DNA of 64,000 bases from Reyranellaceae bacterium (GTDB lineage Bacteria; Pseudomonadota; Alphaproteobacteria; Reyranellales; JAQSWP01). Where the stretch lies: contig JBFXDA010000001.1 of assembly GCA_050181585.1 (NCBI GenBank), forward strand, positions 98,126 through 162,125, read 5' to 3'. Below the pieces are notes generated by a model. It searched no databases. It had not been told where the DNA came from and was given only the letters and a program-made list of their open reading frames with translations. Below, piece by piece: positions 23,282 to 33,164 of this stretch. Position 1 is the first letter of the stretch. Every line of letters starts with the position of its first letter. A program made the position numbers and the translations under genes.

Positions 23282-24199
23282 ATGGCGAGCAAGGGTTCGA
23301 GGGCGAAGAGGAAAGCGGCGCTGCCGCTGGGCCTGCGCGCGGCGCGGCTGGGCTTCGCGCTGTTCAGCGCCGTGGCGCCCGGGCCGGCCGGGCGCCGGGC
23401 CGAGCGCATGTTCCGCGTCCCGGCGCGACGCGTGCGGCCGGCCGAAGAGCAGGCGCTGCTGCTGAACGCCCGGCCGCTGGTGCTGGCGTTCGAGGGCGTC
23501 GAGCTGGCCGGCTACGAATGGCGGCCGGAGCGCGACGAGCTCGACCTGCCGCCGGTGCTGGTGCAGCACGGCTGGGAGAGCCGCGCCAGCCAACTCGCGC
23601 CCATCGTCAGAGCGCTGCTGGGCGCCGGCCACCGCGTCGTCGCCTTCGATGCGCCGGCACATGGCGATTCGCCCGGCCGCACCGCCACGGTCTCCGCCTT
23701 CGCCGACATGGTGCTGGCGATCGACCGCCGGTTCGGCCCGTTCCATGCCGCGATCGGCCATTCGGTGGGCGGCGCGGCGGTGCTGTCGGCCATCGCCGGC
23801 GGCCTGCGCGCCCGGCGCGTCGCCACCCTGGCGGCGCCCGCCTCGCTGCGCCGCGCCACGCATCGCTTCGGCGTCTGGCTGGGCCTGAACGGGCGCGCCA
23901 TCGCCGCCTTGCAGGAAGCGACCGCCCGCGCCAATGGCCGCCCGCTCGAGGCCATGGAGTTCACCGCGCTCAAGCCGCCGGCCGAGGTGCCGGTGCTGCT
24001 GCTGCACGATCCGCGCGACGTCCAGGTGCCGGCGGCCGAATCGGCGGCCATCGCCGGCGTCTGGCCCAACGTGGTGCTGCGCCACGTCGCCGGCGTCGGC
24101 CATAACGGCATCCTGGCCGCCGACAGCGCCCATCGCCTGCTGCTGGATTTCGTGGCGCCGCGCCCGCGCGCGGCGCAGGGACTGGCTTTGGCCAGTTGA
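23282..24199 (+). CDS. alpha/beta hydrolase
   Basis: VLVQHGWESRAS...FDAPAHGDSPG...GHSVGG (nucleophile elbow)...VAGVGHNG. Confidence 0.7.
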   Translation: MASKGSRAKRKAALPLGLRAARLGFALFSAVAPGPAGRRAERMFRVPARRVRPAEEQALLLNARPLVLAFEGVELAGYEWRPERDELDLPPVLVQHGWESRASQLAPIVRALLGAGHRVVAFDAPAHGDSPGRTATVSAFADMVLAIDRRFGPFHAAIGHSVGGAAVLSAIAGGLRARRVATLAAPASLRRATHRFGVWLGLNGRAIAALQEATARANGRPLEAMEFTALKPPAEVPVLLLHDPRDVQVPAAESAAIAGVWPNVVLRHVAGVGHNGILAADSAHRLLLDFVAPRPRAAQGLALAS

Positions 24200-24314
24200 G
24201 TTCGGTGCGGCGTCGCGCGACCGGGTACGTGGTCGCGCGGCGGCGCACTGCCGCCGGCGGTGGCAGGGAACGCTCCCACGCCTGCCGCCGCCGAGCGGTT
24301 CCATTCCATAAACG

Positions 24315-24448
24315 CCGTCATCCCGGCCAAGCCCCGCAGGGGCGCAGAGCCGGGACCCATGATGCCGCATGCCAAAAGCGAGCAATCGGCAATTTTGGCG
24401 AATGGCGTTATGGGTCCCGGCTCTCGCTACGCTCGGCCGGGATGACGG
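24315..24448. repeat. MITE/REP-like inverted-repeat element (family B)
   Basis: The left arm is ccgtcatcccggcc...agagccgggacccat (24315-24360). The right arm is atgggtcccggctct...ggccgggatgacgg (24410-24448). The termini are reverse complements. It is intergenic. Confidence 0.6.
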
Positions 24449-24467
24449 AGGAAAGCGGCAATGCCCG

Positions 24468-25109
24468 CTAGCTTTTGTTCCGCAGCAGGAACACCGCCTG
24501 CTCGGCGCGCAGGTTGATCAGCGCCGGCAGGTCGACGGCGGAGCCGACGCGCCGCCCGTCCGGGCCCAGCGCGATCATGCGCTCGATCTCCACGCCGACC
24601 GAGGCGGAGAGGTCGAGGAAGTCGCGGATGGTGCACAGATGGATGTTGGGCGTGTCGTACCAGGAATAGGGCAGGGTCTGCGTCGTCGGCATGCGCCCGT
24701 TCAGCAGCAGCGCCAGCCGCACCCGCCAGTAGCCGAAATTGGGGAAGGAGACGATGGCGCGCCGCCCCACCCGCAGCATCTGCCGCAGCACGCCGCGCGG
24801 ATCGCGCGTCGCCTGCAGGGTCTGGCTCAGGATCACGTAGTCGAAGGCGCCGTCGGGATAGGCGCGCAGATCGGTGTCGGCGTCGCCCTGGATCACCGAC
24901 AGCCCGTTGCCGACCGCCGCGTTGACGCCCTCCTGGCTCAATTCCATGCCCCGCCCGTCGACCTGCTTGAAATGCACCAGGTACTCCAAGAGCGTGCCGT
25001 CGCCGCAGCCGATATCGAGCACGCGGCTCCTGGCCTCGACCATGTCGGCGACCAATTGCAGGTCGACGCGGATGGCGCCGCGCCGCTGGACGAAGGTCTC
25101 GGCGGTCAT
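24468..25109 (-). CDS. metW: methionine biosynthesis protein MetW
   Basis: [16 protein letters not shown]...[14 protein letters not shown]...FPNFGYW. An ATGA overlap joins it to the metX stop. Confidence 0.88.
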   Translation of the reverse strand: MTAETFVQRRGAIRVDLQLVADMVEARSRVLDIGCGDGTLLEYLVHFKQVDGRGMELSQEGVNAAVGNGLSVIQGDADTDLRAYPDGAFDYVILSQTLQATRDPRGVLRQMLRVGRRAIVSFPNFGYWRVRLALLLNGRMPTTQTLPYSWYDTPNIHLCTIRDFLDLSASVGVEIERMIALGPDGRRVGSAVDLPALINLRAEQAVFLLRNKS

Positions 25110-26326
25110 TTGCGGTTCTTCAGGCCCCGCGCGCTCGCCGCCGCTTCGAGGAAGCCGTCCAGCACCTTGTACATTTCCGGCTCGTCGAGCAGGAAGGCGT
25201 CGTGGCCCTTGTCGGTCTCGATCTCGACGAAGGAAACGTTGGCGGCGACGGCGTTCAGCGCCTGCACCACCTCGCGGCTCTCCGGCGTGGGGAACAGCCA
25301 GTCGCTGGTGAAGGAGACCAGGCAGAAGCGCGAGCGCGACCGGCGGAAGGCGTTGGCCAGCACCCCACCATGCTCGCGCGCCAGGTCGAAATAATCCATG
25401 GCGCGGGTGATGTAGAGATAGGAATTGGCGTCGAAGCGCTCGACGAAGGTCGAGCCCTGGTGGCGCAGATACGACTCGACCTGAAAATCGGCCTCGAAGC
25501 CGAAGCCCAGCTTCTCGCGGTTCTGCAGGTTGCGGCCGAACTTGCGGTGCAGGGCGGCCTCGGACAGATAGGTGATGTGCGCCGCCATGCGCGCCACCGC
25601 CAGGCCGCGATGCGGGCGCGTGCCGTGGCTGTGGTAGTCGCCGCCGTGCCAGTCGGGATCGGCCATGATCGCCTGGCGCCCGACCTCGTGGAAGGCGATG
25701 TTCTGCGCCGAGTGCCGCGCGGCGGTAGCGATCGGGACGGCGGCGAAGACGCGCTCGGGATAGGCGCTGGCCCATTGCAGCACCTGCATGCCGCCCATCG
25801 AGCCGCCCAGCGCGCAGAACAGCGATTCGATGCCGAGATGGTCCAGCAGCATGGCCTGGGCCCGCACCATGTCGGCGATGGTGACGACCGGGAAGTTCAG
25901 CCCGTAGGGCTTGCCCGTCGAGGGATCGGTCTCGGTCGGGCCGACGCTGCCCATGCAGCCGCCGACCACGTTGCAGCAGATGATGAAGTAGCGCTGCGGA
26001 TCGAGCGGCTTGCCCGGCGCGATCAGCGCTTCCCACCAGCCGGGCTTGCCGGTGACCGGATTGGGGTCGGCGGCGAACTGGTCTGCGGTCAGGGCATGGC
26101 AGACCAGCACCGCGTTCGACCGCTCGGCGTTCAGCGTGCCGTAGGTCTGGTAGGCCAGGGTGAAGGGCCCCAGCTCGACGCCGCAATCCAGCCGCAGCCG
26201 GCGCTCGGCGCCGAGCACGACATGCTTGCCCGCCCTGAGCGCCAGCGCGCTGGGGGAGACGTTGTGGAATGCAGGCGAGGCGACGGCTGTCACGGCGAAA
26301 AACCGGTGTTTCGGCCCTGTTTGCAA
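25106..26326 (-). CDS. metX: homoserine O-acetyltransferase
   Basis: [10 protein letters not shown]...[15 protein letters not shown]...GGSMGGMQ...SFTSDWLFP...GHDAFL. The start is uncertain: TTG at 26326 or GTG at 26293. Confidence 0.88.
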   Translation of the reverse strand: MQTGPKHRFFAVTAVASPAFHNVSPSALALRAGKHVVLGAERRLRLDCGVELGPFTLAYQTYGTLNAERSNAVLVCHALTADQFAADPNPVTGKPGWWEALIAPGKPLDPQRYFIICCNVVGGCMGSVGPTETDPSTGKPYGLNFPVVTIADMVRAQAMLLDHLGIESLFCALGGSMGGMQVLQWASAYPERVFAAVPIATAARHSAQNIAFHEVGRQAIMADPDWHGGDYHSHGTRPHRGLAVARMAAHITYLSEAALHRKFGRNLQNREKLGFGFEADFQVESYLRHQGSTFVERFDANSYLYITRAMDYFDLAREHGGVLANAFRRSRSRFCLVSFTSDWLFPTPESREVVQALNAVAANVSFVEIETDKGHDAFLLDEPEMYKVLDGFLEAAASARGLKNRK

Positions 26327-26440
26327 CGGGTCCGCTAGCTAGGGACCGGGGGCCGCCAGTGTCAATGTTTTCTTTGCTTTTGGCCGCTTCTGCCCCTACT
26401 ACTATCGCCCTTCGCCCGCCGGGCCAAGAAGCACCATCCC

Positions 26441-27307
26441 ATGCCGACCGAGCTCGACAAACTTCGCCGCCAGATCGACGAGATCGACATCGCCCTGCAC
26501 GACCTGGTGCAGCAGCGCACCGCCATTGTCGAACGGGTCGGCCGCGCCAAGGGCGCCGGCAAGGCGCTGGCGTTGCGGCCCGGCCGCGAGGCGCTGGTGC
26601 TGCGCCGGCTGCTCGACCGCCATACAGGGACGTTCCCGCGCGGCGCTCTGGTGCGTCTTTGGCGCGAGATGATCGCCGCCGTCACCGGATTGCAGGGCCC
26701 CTTCGTCGTCACCGTCTGCGTGCCCGAGGAGCAGCGCGGCTTCTGGGACATCGCGCGCGACCATTTCGGCGTGCAAGTGCCCATGCGCCGCCACACCACC
26801 GCCGCGCGCGTGCTGTCCGACATCGCCGAGGACGCCGCCGCCGTCGGCCTGCTGCCGCTGCCCTTCGAGGGCGATCCGCAGCCGTGGTGGCCGGGCCTGG
26901 CCTCCAACGAGAAGACGACGCCGCAGATCGTGGCCCGCGCGCCCTTCTTCCGCACCGACAATCCGCGCACCGAGGGCTTGTCGGCGCTGGTGGTGGCGCG
27001 GCTGACGCCGGAAGCCAGCGGCGCGCCCGACAGCGGCCTGGACCGTTCGCTGCTGGTGCTGGAATCGCCCGCCGACGTCAGCCGCTCGCGCATTTCAGCC
27101 GCCCTGGCGGCGGTGAAGCTGCCCGGCTTCACCTCGGCCATCCGCCAGGAGGCCGCCGGCGGCGGCACGCTCTATCTGATCGAACTGCCGGTCTTTATGA
27201 TTGCCGGCGATCCGCGCCTGGCGGCGCTGGAGCAGGCGCTGGCGACGCCGGGGGTGCGGCTGAAGCCGCTCGGCGCCTACGCCGTGCCGGTGGACCTGGC
27301 CGGCTGA
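26441..27307 (+). CDS. chorismate mutase family protein with a C-terminal extension
   Basis: LDKLRRQIDEIDIALHDLVQQRTAIVERV is an AroQ helix. The 288-aa form is conserved upstream of hisC and tyrC in alphaproteobacteria (from memory). Confidence 0.7.
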   Translation: MPTELDKLRRQIDEIDIALHDLVQQRTAIVERVGRAKGAGKALALRPGREALVLRRLLDRHTGTFPRGALVRLWREMIAAVTGLQGPFVVTVCVPEEQRGFWDIARDHFGVQVPMRRHTTAARVLSDIAEDAAAVGLLPLPFEGDPQPWWPGLASNEKTTPQIVARAPFFRTDNPRTEGLSALVVARLTPEASGAPDSGLDRSLLVLESPADVSRSRISAALAAVKLPGFTSAIRQEAAGGGTLYLIELPVFMIAGDPRLAALEQALATPGVRLKPLGAYAVPVDLAG

Positions 27308-27323
27308 GACTACGGAGAGCAGG

Positions 27324-28418
27324 ATGAGCACGCTGAAGCCGCGTCCGGGCATCCAGGACATCGCCCCCTATGTCGGCGGCAAGGATACCATCCCCGGCTT
27401 CGACAGGCCGATCAAGCTGTCGTCCAACGAGGGCGCGCTGGGCCCCAGCCCCAAGGCGATGGAGGCCTATCGCAAGGTGGCGGGCGAGCTGCACCGCTAT
27501 CCCGAGGGCGGCGCCAGCGACCTGCGCGAGGCCATCGGCCGCCATTACGGCCTCGACCCGGCGCGCATCGTCTGCGGCGCGGGCTCCGACGAGCTGATCA
27601 ACCTGCTGGTGCGCGCCTACCTGGCGCCGGGCGAGGAGCTGCTCTACAGCGCCCATGGCTTCCTGATGTACGCCATCAACGCCAAGGCGGTCGGCGCGGC
27701 GGCCGTCACGGCGCCGGAGAAGGGGCTGCGCACCGACGTGGACGCGCTGCTGGCCAAGGTGACGCCCAAGACGCGCATCGTCTGCATCGCCAATCCCAAC
27801 AACCCGACCGGCTCCTACATCACCCGCGAGGAGCTGAAGAAGCTGCATGACGGGCTGCCCAAGGACGTGCTGCTGCTGATCGACGCGGCCTATGCCGAAT
27901 ACGTCTCGCGCAACGACTACTCCGCCGGCGTCGAGCTGGTCGACGCGGTCGACAACGTCGTCATGACCCGCACTTTCTCCAAGATCTACGGGCTGGGCGG
28001 CTTGCGGCTGGGCTGGATGTACGCCTCGCCCGCCATCGTCGACACCATCAACCGCCTGCGCCAGCCCTTCAACGTCAGCTCCGCCGCCCAGGCCGCCGGC
28101 ATCGCAGCCCTGCAGGACGTGGCCCATACCGACGCGCAGCGCACCAACAACGACATCTGGCTGCCCTGGTTCGCCAAGGAAGTGGCGGCGCTGGGCCTGC
28201 AGGTCTATCCCAGCGTCGGCAATTTCGTGCTGGTGAAGTTCCCGGCGGAAAAGGGCAAGGACTCCGAAGCGGCCAATGCCGCCATGCTGAAAGCCGGCGT
28301 CATCCCGCGCATGATGGGGGCCTACGGGCTGGGCGAATGCCTGCGCATCACCATCGGCACCGAAGCCGAAATGCGCGCCGCGCGCGAGGCGCTGGCGAAG
28401 TTCGTGGGCCAGGCGTGA
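27324..28418 (+). CDS. hisC: histidinol-phosphate aminotransferase
   Basis: IKLSSNEGALGPSP...NPNNPTG...TFSKIYGLGGLRLGW, which contains the PLP lysine motif. Confidence 0.88.
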   Translation: MSTLKPRPGIQDIAPYVGGKDTIPGFDRPIKLSSNEGALGPSPKAMEAYRKVAGELHRYPEGGASDLREAIGRHYGLDPARIVCGAGSDELINLLVRAYLAPGEELLYSAHGFLMYAINAKAVGAAAVTAPEKGLRTDVDALLAKVTPKTRIVCIANPNNPTGSYITREELKKLHDGLPKDVLLLIDAAYAEYVSRNDYSAGVELVDAVDNVVMTRTFSKIYGLGGLRLGWMYASPAIVDTINRLRQPFNVSSAAQAAGIAALQDVAHTDAQRTNNDIWLPWFAKEVAALGLQVYPSVGNFVLVKFPAEKGKDSEAANAAMLKAGVIPRMMGAYGLGECLRITIGTEAEMRAAREALAKFVGQA

Positions 28419-28429
28419 GCGGCCCAGCC

Positions 28430-29314
28430 ATGAGCAAGCCGCTGTTCGACAAGCTGGCGCTGATCGGCATCGGCCTGATCGGCTCCTCCATCGCCCGCGT
28501 GGCGCGCCAGGAGAACCTGGCCGGCACGATCTCGGCCGCCACGCGCCGCCGGGAGACGGCCGAGGAGGCCCGCGCCCTGAACATCGTCGACGAGATCGGC
28601 ACCGATCCGGTGGCGGCGGTGCGCGACGCCGATTTCGTCGTCCTGTGCACCCCGGTCGGCGCCAATGCCGAGGCCATGGCGCAGATCGCGCCGCACCTGA
28701 AGCAGGGCGCCATCGTCTCCGACGTCGGCTCGGTCAAGCAGGCGGTGATCCGCGACGTCGGCCCGCTGGTGCCCGAAGGGGTGCATTTCGTGCCGGCCCA
28801 TCCGGTGGCCGGCACCGAGCATTCCGGCCCGGCGGCGGGTTTCCCCGAGCTGTTCAAGGGCCGCTGGTGCATCGTCACGCCGATTCCCGGCAGCGACCGG
28901 GCGGCGGTCGACAAGGTGGTCGAGTTCTGGCGCCGCTGCGGTTCGGACATGGAGGAGATGTCGGCCGAGCACCACGACAAGATCCTGGCCATCACCTCGC
29001 ATCTGCCGCATCTGATCGCCTACACCATCGTCGGCACCGCCACCGACCTGGAGGACGACATCAAGTCGGAAGTGATCAAGTTCGCCGCCGGCGGCTTCCG
29101 CGACTTCACCCGCATCGCCGCCTCCGACCCCACCATGTGGCGCGACGTCTTCCTCAACAACCGCGAAGCGGTGCTGGAGATGCTGGGCCGCTTCTCCGAG
29201 GACATCACCGCCCTGCAGCGCGCCATCCGCTGGGGCGAGGGCGACAAGCTCTTCGAGCTGTTCGAGCGCACCCGCGCCATCCGCCGGGCGCTGATCGACG
29301 CCCGGCAGGCCTGA
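28430..29314 (+). CDS. tyrC: prephenate/arogenate dehydrogenase
   Basis: LALIGIGLIGSSIA...VPAHPVAGTEHSGP...SHLPHLIA...GFRDFTRIA. Confidence 0.85.
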   Translation: MSKPLFDKLALIGIGLIGSSIARVARQENLAGTISAATRRRETAEEARALNIVDEIGTDPVAAVRDADFVVLCTPVGANAEAMAQIAPHLKQGAIVSDVGSVKQAVIRDVGPLVPEGVHFVPAHPVAGTEHSGPAAGFPELFKGRWCIVTPIPGSDRAAVDKVVEFWRRCGSDMEEMSAEHHDKILAITSHLPHLIAYTIVGTATDLEDDIKSEVIKFAAGGFRDFTRIAASDPTMWRDVFLNNREAVLEMLGRFSEDITALQRAIRWGEGDKLFELFERTRAIRRALIDARQA

Positions 29315-29325
29315 GGCCGGCGGCG

Positions 29326-30600
29326 ATGGGCGGCGGCCGCATCGATCCCGCGCCGCGCCAGTATCCGCCCTTCGTCGGCCTGAAGCGGCGCGTCGTCGAC
29401 GGGCACCAGCGCGTGCCTTCCGCCTGCAGCGTGGCCGATGTCGAGACCTGGCTGCTCGACCAGGCGCTGCAGCAGCCGCACACGCTCGATCTGGTCGACC
29501 AGCTCGCCTGGCGGCTGGTGGCGGCCGGGTTTCCGCTCGACCGTTTCAGCGTGCATGTCGGCACGCTGCATCCCCAGCTCCTGGGATTCGCCTGGAACTG
29601 GCTGCGGGCCGACACGATCTGCGACGAGGTGCAGGTGGCGGCCGACTCGCTGGACACCGACGCCTACCGGCGCAATCCGCTGGCGCAGGTGATCGGGCAC
29701 GGCCGCACCATCCGCGCCCTGACCGCCGATCCCGACGACGTCGCCCGCTACCCGCTGATCGCCGACCTGGCGAAGTCGGGCATCGCCGAATACATCGCCA
29801 TGCCGATGAGCGGCGCGGCCTATCACAACGCCGTCACCCTGGCGACCCGGCAGCCGGGCGGCTTCAGCGACGAGCAGCGCAGCGCCATGGCGCGTCTTCT
29901 CAAGCTGTTCGCCCTGCATGTGGAGCGCCACATCGCCCTGCGCATCGCCGACAACGCGCTGGTGGCCTATCTCGGCGAGCTGGCGGCCGGCAAGGTGCTG
30001 TCCGGCAGCATCCGGCGCGGAGCGGGCGACTCCATCCGCGCCGTGATCTGGATGTCGGATTTGCGCGGCTTCACCGGGCTGACCGAACGGCTGGGCGGCG
30101 CCGACATGATCTCCCTGCTCAACGCCTATTTCGAGGAGATGGCGGGGGCGGTGCTGGCGCAAGGCGGCGAAGTGCTGAAATTCATCGGCGACGGGCTGCT
30201 GGCCGCTTTTCCCATCGAAGGCGACGGCAAACTTGCCGCCGCGCGGGCCGTCGCCGCCGCTCGCGACGCGCTGGCCCGGTTCGAGCGGCTGAACGCGCAG
30301 CCGCCCGTTTCCCTTGCCGGGATTAAGGGCTGGCATCCGCTGCGCTCGGGCATTGCCCTGCACGAGGGCGAAGTCTTCTTCGGCAATATCGGCGCGCCGC
30401 AACGGCTGGACTTCACCGTCATCGGCCCGACCGTCAACCAGGCCAGCCGCGTCGAGGCGCTGCAGAAGACGCTGGCGCGGCCGGTGCTGATCACCGACGC
30501 GGTGGCCCGCCTGCTTGACGAGGAACTCGAACCGCTGGGCGCCCATGCGCTGCGCGGCGTGCCGCAGCCGGTGGCGATCTTCGGCCTGAAATCCGCCTGA
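29326..30600 (+). CDS. class III adenylate/guanylate cyclase with an uncharacterised N-terminal domain
   Basis: The C-terminal cyclase motifs are AVIWMSDLRGFTGLTE, KFIGDGLLAAF and VIGPTVNQASRVE. I do not recognise the ~200-aa N-terminal domain. The start is approximate. Confidence 0.75.
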   Translation: MGGGRIDPAPRQYPPFVGLKRRVVDGHQRVPSACSVADVETWLLDQALQQPHTLDLVDQLAWRLVAAGFPLDRFSVHVGTLHPQLLGFAWNWLRADTICDEVQVAADSLDTDAYRRNPLAQVIGHGRTIRALTADPDDVARYPLIADLAKSGIAEYIAMPMSGAAYHNAVTLATRQPGGFSDEQRSAMARLLKLFALHVERHIALRIADNALVAYLGELAAGKVLSGSIRRGAGDSIRAVIWMSDLRGFTGLTERLGGADMISLLNAYFEEMAGAVLAQGGEVLKFIGDGLLAAFPIEGDGKLAAARAVAAARDALARFERLNAQPPVSLAGIKGWHPLRSGIALHEGEVFFGNIGAPQRLDFTVIGPTVNQASRVEALQKTLARPVLITDAVARLLDEELEPLGAHALRGVPQPVAIFGLKSA

Positions 30601-31107
30601 TCAGGCGCCGCCGTTGCTCCGCAGCTCGATCACCGGCTTCGACAGCGTCGCCTCCTGGTCCCAGGGGAACAGAATCCAGGTGTCCTGGCTGACCTCGGTG
30701 ATGTAGGTGTCGACCAGCGGCCGGCCGGCGGGCTTGGCGTAGACGGTGGCGAAATGGGCCTTGGGCAGCAATTCGCGCACCGCCTTGGCGGTGACGCCGG
30801 TATCGACCAGGTCGTCGACCAGCAGCCAGTTCTCGCCGCCGTTCGCCATCGCCTCCTGCGGCGCCTTCAGGATATTCACCTTGCCGGAGCGCTCCAGCTT
30901 GTCGTAGGCGGCGCAGCACACCGTATCGATCAGGCGCAGGTTCAGCTCGCGCGCCACGATCGCCGCCGGCACCAGCCCGCCGCGGGTGATGGCGATCAGG
31001 CCTTCGAACGGCGCCCGTTCCGCCAGGCGCCAGGCCATGGCCTTGCAATGCCGGTGCAGCTCGTCCCACGACACCGGAAACATCTTCTTGTAGCCGGACC
31101 CCATCAT
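30601..31107 (-). CDS. gpt: xanthine-guanine phosphoribosyltransferase
   Basis: FPVSWDELHRHCKAMAWRL...LIAITRGGLVPAAIVAREL...LLVDDLVDTG...VYAKP. The exact start is uncertain (ATG 31107, 31104 or the MFPV ATG). Confidence 0.85.
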   Translation of the reverse strand: MMGSGYKKMFPVSWDELHRHCKAMAWRLAERAPFEGLIAITRGGLVPAAIVARELNLRLIDTVCCAAYDKLERSGKVNILKAPQEAMANGGENWLLVDDLVDTGVTAKAVRELLPKAHFATVYAKPAGRPLVDTYITEVSQDTWILFPWDQEATLSKPVIELRSNGGA

Positions 31108-31196
31108 GCCCCGTCTCTCCCGCTGATCGCGCCAGTCTGCAATGCGCCGGGCGCGGTTGCGAGCGCCCAAATCGACGCTACACTCCGCCCGCCATC

Positions 31197-32102
31197 ATGT
31201 CCCCATCCGCTTCCAGCTCCGCGCCCCTGCCGCGCTGGCAGGCCGTGCTGCTGCCGGCGCTGTTCGTGCCGCTGTGGAGCACCGGCTTCATCAGCGCCAA
31301 GCTGGGCCTGCCCTATGCCGAGCCCTACACCTTCCTGCTGCTGCGCTACGGCATCGTCACCCTGATGCTGGCGGCCGCCGCACTGCTGCTGCGCGCGCCG
31401 TGGCCGAAACGCTGGCAGGACTGGGGGCACATCGCGGTCGCCGGCCTGCTGGTGCACGCGGTCTACATCTCCTGCGTCTTCGATTCGATCTATCACGGCC
31501 TGCCCTCGGGCGTGTCGGCGCTGATCGTGGGGCTGCAGCCGCTGCTGACCGCCGCCATCGTCGGCCCGATGCTGGGCGAGCGCGTCAGCCGCCAGCAATG
31601 GATCGGCCTGCTGCTGGGGCTGGTGGGGGTGACGCTGGTGGTATGGGAGAAGCTGAACCTGACCTTCGACGGGCTGTGGTCGGTGGCGCTGTCGGGCATC
31701 GCGCTGCTGGGCATCACCGCCGGCACGGTCTACCAGAAGCGCTTCTGTCCGGCGCTCGACCTGCGCTCGGGCACGGCGATCCAGTATTTCGCCACCACGC
31801 TCTATGTCGCGATCTTCGCCTTCGCCATCGAGACGCGCCAGGTGCAATGGACCGGCGAATTCGTCTTCGCGCTCACCTGGTCGATCGTGGTGCTGTCGAT
31901 CGGCGCCATCTCGCTGCTGTTCTACCTGCTGCGCCATGGCGCGGCCTCGCGCACCGCCGCCCTGTTCTACCTGGTGCCGCCCTGCACGGCGATCATCGCC
32001 TTCTTCCTGTTCGACGAGCGGCTGGGCGCGCTGGCGCTGCTCGGCATGGCGCTGGTCGCCTGCGGCGTGGCGCTGGCGACGCGGCCGGCGAAAGCGGCCT
32101 GA
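31197..32102 (+). CDS. DMT (EamA) family transporter
   Basis: Ten TM helices with duplicated EamA halves. Confidence 0.7.
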   Translation: MSPSASSSAPLPRWQAVLLPALFVPLWSTGFISAKLGLPYAEPYTFLLLRYGIVTLMLAAAALLLRAPWPKRWQDWGHIAVAGLLVHAVYISCVFDSIYHGLPSGVSALIVGLQPLLTAAIVGPMLGERVSRQQWIGLLLGLVGVTLVVWEKLNLTFDGLWSVALSGIALLGITAGTVYQKRFCPALDLRSGTAIQYFATTLYVAIFAFAIETRQVQWTGEFVFALTWSIVVLSIGAISLLFYLLRHGAASRTAALFYLVPPCTAIIAFFLFDERLGALALLGMALVACGVALATRPAKAA

Positions 32103-32105
32103 GCC

Positions 32106-32645
32106 ATGGCCGGCGATCTGCACGTCTTCGCCTATGGCTCGCTGATGTGGGACCCGGGCTTCGCCTTCGAGGCGCGGCGGCCGGGCCTGCTGCGCGGCTA
32201 TCACCGCGCCTTCTGCATCTATTCGCACTATTATCGCGGCACGCCTGACAATCCCGGCCTGGTGCTGGGGCTGGATCGTGGCGGGGCCTGCCGCGGGCTG
32301 GTCTATCGCGTCGCTGCCGAGCGCGAGCAGGAAGTGCGCGCCTATCTGTGGGAGCGCGAGATCGGCAATGACGGGGTCTACAAGGAAAAGACGCTGCCGG
32401 TGCTGCTCGATGGCGGCGCGACGGTGCAGGCGCTGACCTATGTCGCCGATCGCGGCCATCCGCAATATGCCGGCCGGCTGGCGCCGCAGCAGGCGGCGGC
32501 GCTGATCCGCGCCGGCGTCGGCCAGCGCGGCCGCTGCCTCGACTATTTCGCCAGCACCGTGCTGCATCTGGAAGAGCTGGGCTTCCGCGAGACGCCGCTG
32601 CACCGGCTGCTGCAACTGGCGACGGCTCCCGAGCCCACGGGTTAG
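32106..32645 (+). CDS. chaC: gamma-glutamylcyclotransferase (ChaC family)
   Basis: VFAYGSLMWDPGF...PGLVLGLDRGGACRG...YLWERE. Confidence 0.75.
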   Translation: MAGDLHVFAYGSLMWDPGFAFEARRPGLLRGYHRAFCIYSHYYRGTPDNPGLVLGLDRGGACRGLVYRVAAEREQEVRAYLWEREIGNDGVYKEKTLPVLLDGGATVQALTYVADRGHPQYAGRLAPQQAAALIRAGVGQRGRCLDYFASTVLHLEELGFRETPLHRLLQLATAPEPTG

Positions 32646-33073
32646 AGGCGGCCCAGATCCATCGCCGAGCGCAGCGTGTCGTAGAACTCGTGCCATTCGA
32701 CGATCCGGCCGCCTTTCATGCGGATGCGATGCTGCCACTCCGCCTCCGAGCGCCGCCCCGTCTTGCGGCATCTCGTGCGCAGGCGGCCCCAGGCGAAAAC
32801 CCAGGGCCCCCGCGCCACCACGCCCTCGCAGGTGAAGGCTTCGTGCTCCAGCTCGGCCGATATCCTTTCGAGAAACGCCAGCACGCCGTCGCGGCCCTCG
32901 TAGATTCCGCCCCAGGCCATCTTCTCCCGGGGCGCGTGCTCGACATAGACCGTGTCGTCGCCGACCGGCGCCAGCACGGCGGCCAGGCGCCGTTCCGGGG
33001 TCGATTCCGTCCTGTCGTAGCCCTGGTAGACCTTGCGGATGGTCGCCGCGTTGCGCCGTTCGACCGGTGTCAT
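32642..33073 (-). CDS. SnoaL/NTF2-like fold protein
   Basis: Size and pattern fit the fold (N-terminal VYQGYD..., C-terminal GRIVEWHEFYDT). This is a low-specificity call. Confidence 0.5.
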   Translation of the reverse strand: MTPVERRNAATIRKVYQGYDRTESTPERRLAAVLAPVGDDTVYVEHAPREKMAWGGIYEGRDGVLAFLERISAELEHEAFTCEGVVARGPWVFAWGRLRTRCRKTGRRSEAEWQHRIRMKGGRIVEWHEFYDTLRSAMDLGRL

Positions 33074-33164
33074 TTTCCTCTCCTCCCGCGCTAAGCTTCG
33101 CTGCCGGCGAGGCTAGGGCGACCGGCCGCCGCCGCCACCTGTAACTTCTGACAGAGCCCCCGTT

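Noticed and set aside
26327-26440. Possible SAM-II (metX-type) riboswitch or promoter in the metX leader
   Set aside because: I read the minus-strand leader and could not find the conserved SAM-II pseudoknot core, which I remember as a U-rich strand plus an AAAGCU-type strand. A TTGACA hexamer (26360-26365) exists, but the -10 candidate (TAGCTA) is weak. A covariance-model scan (Rfam RF00521, and SAM-V and SAM-SAH models) would settle it.
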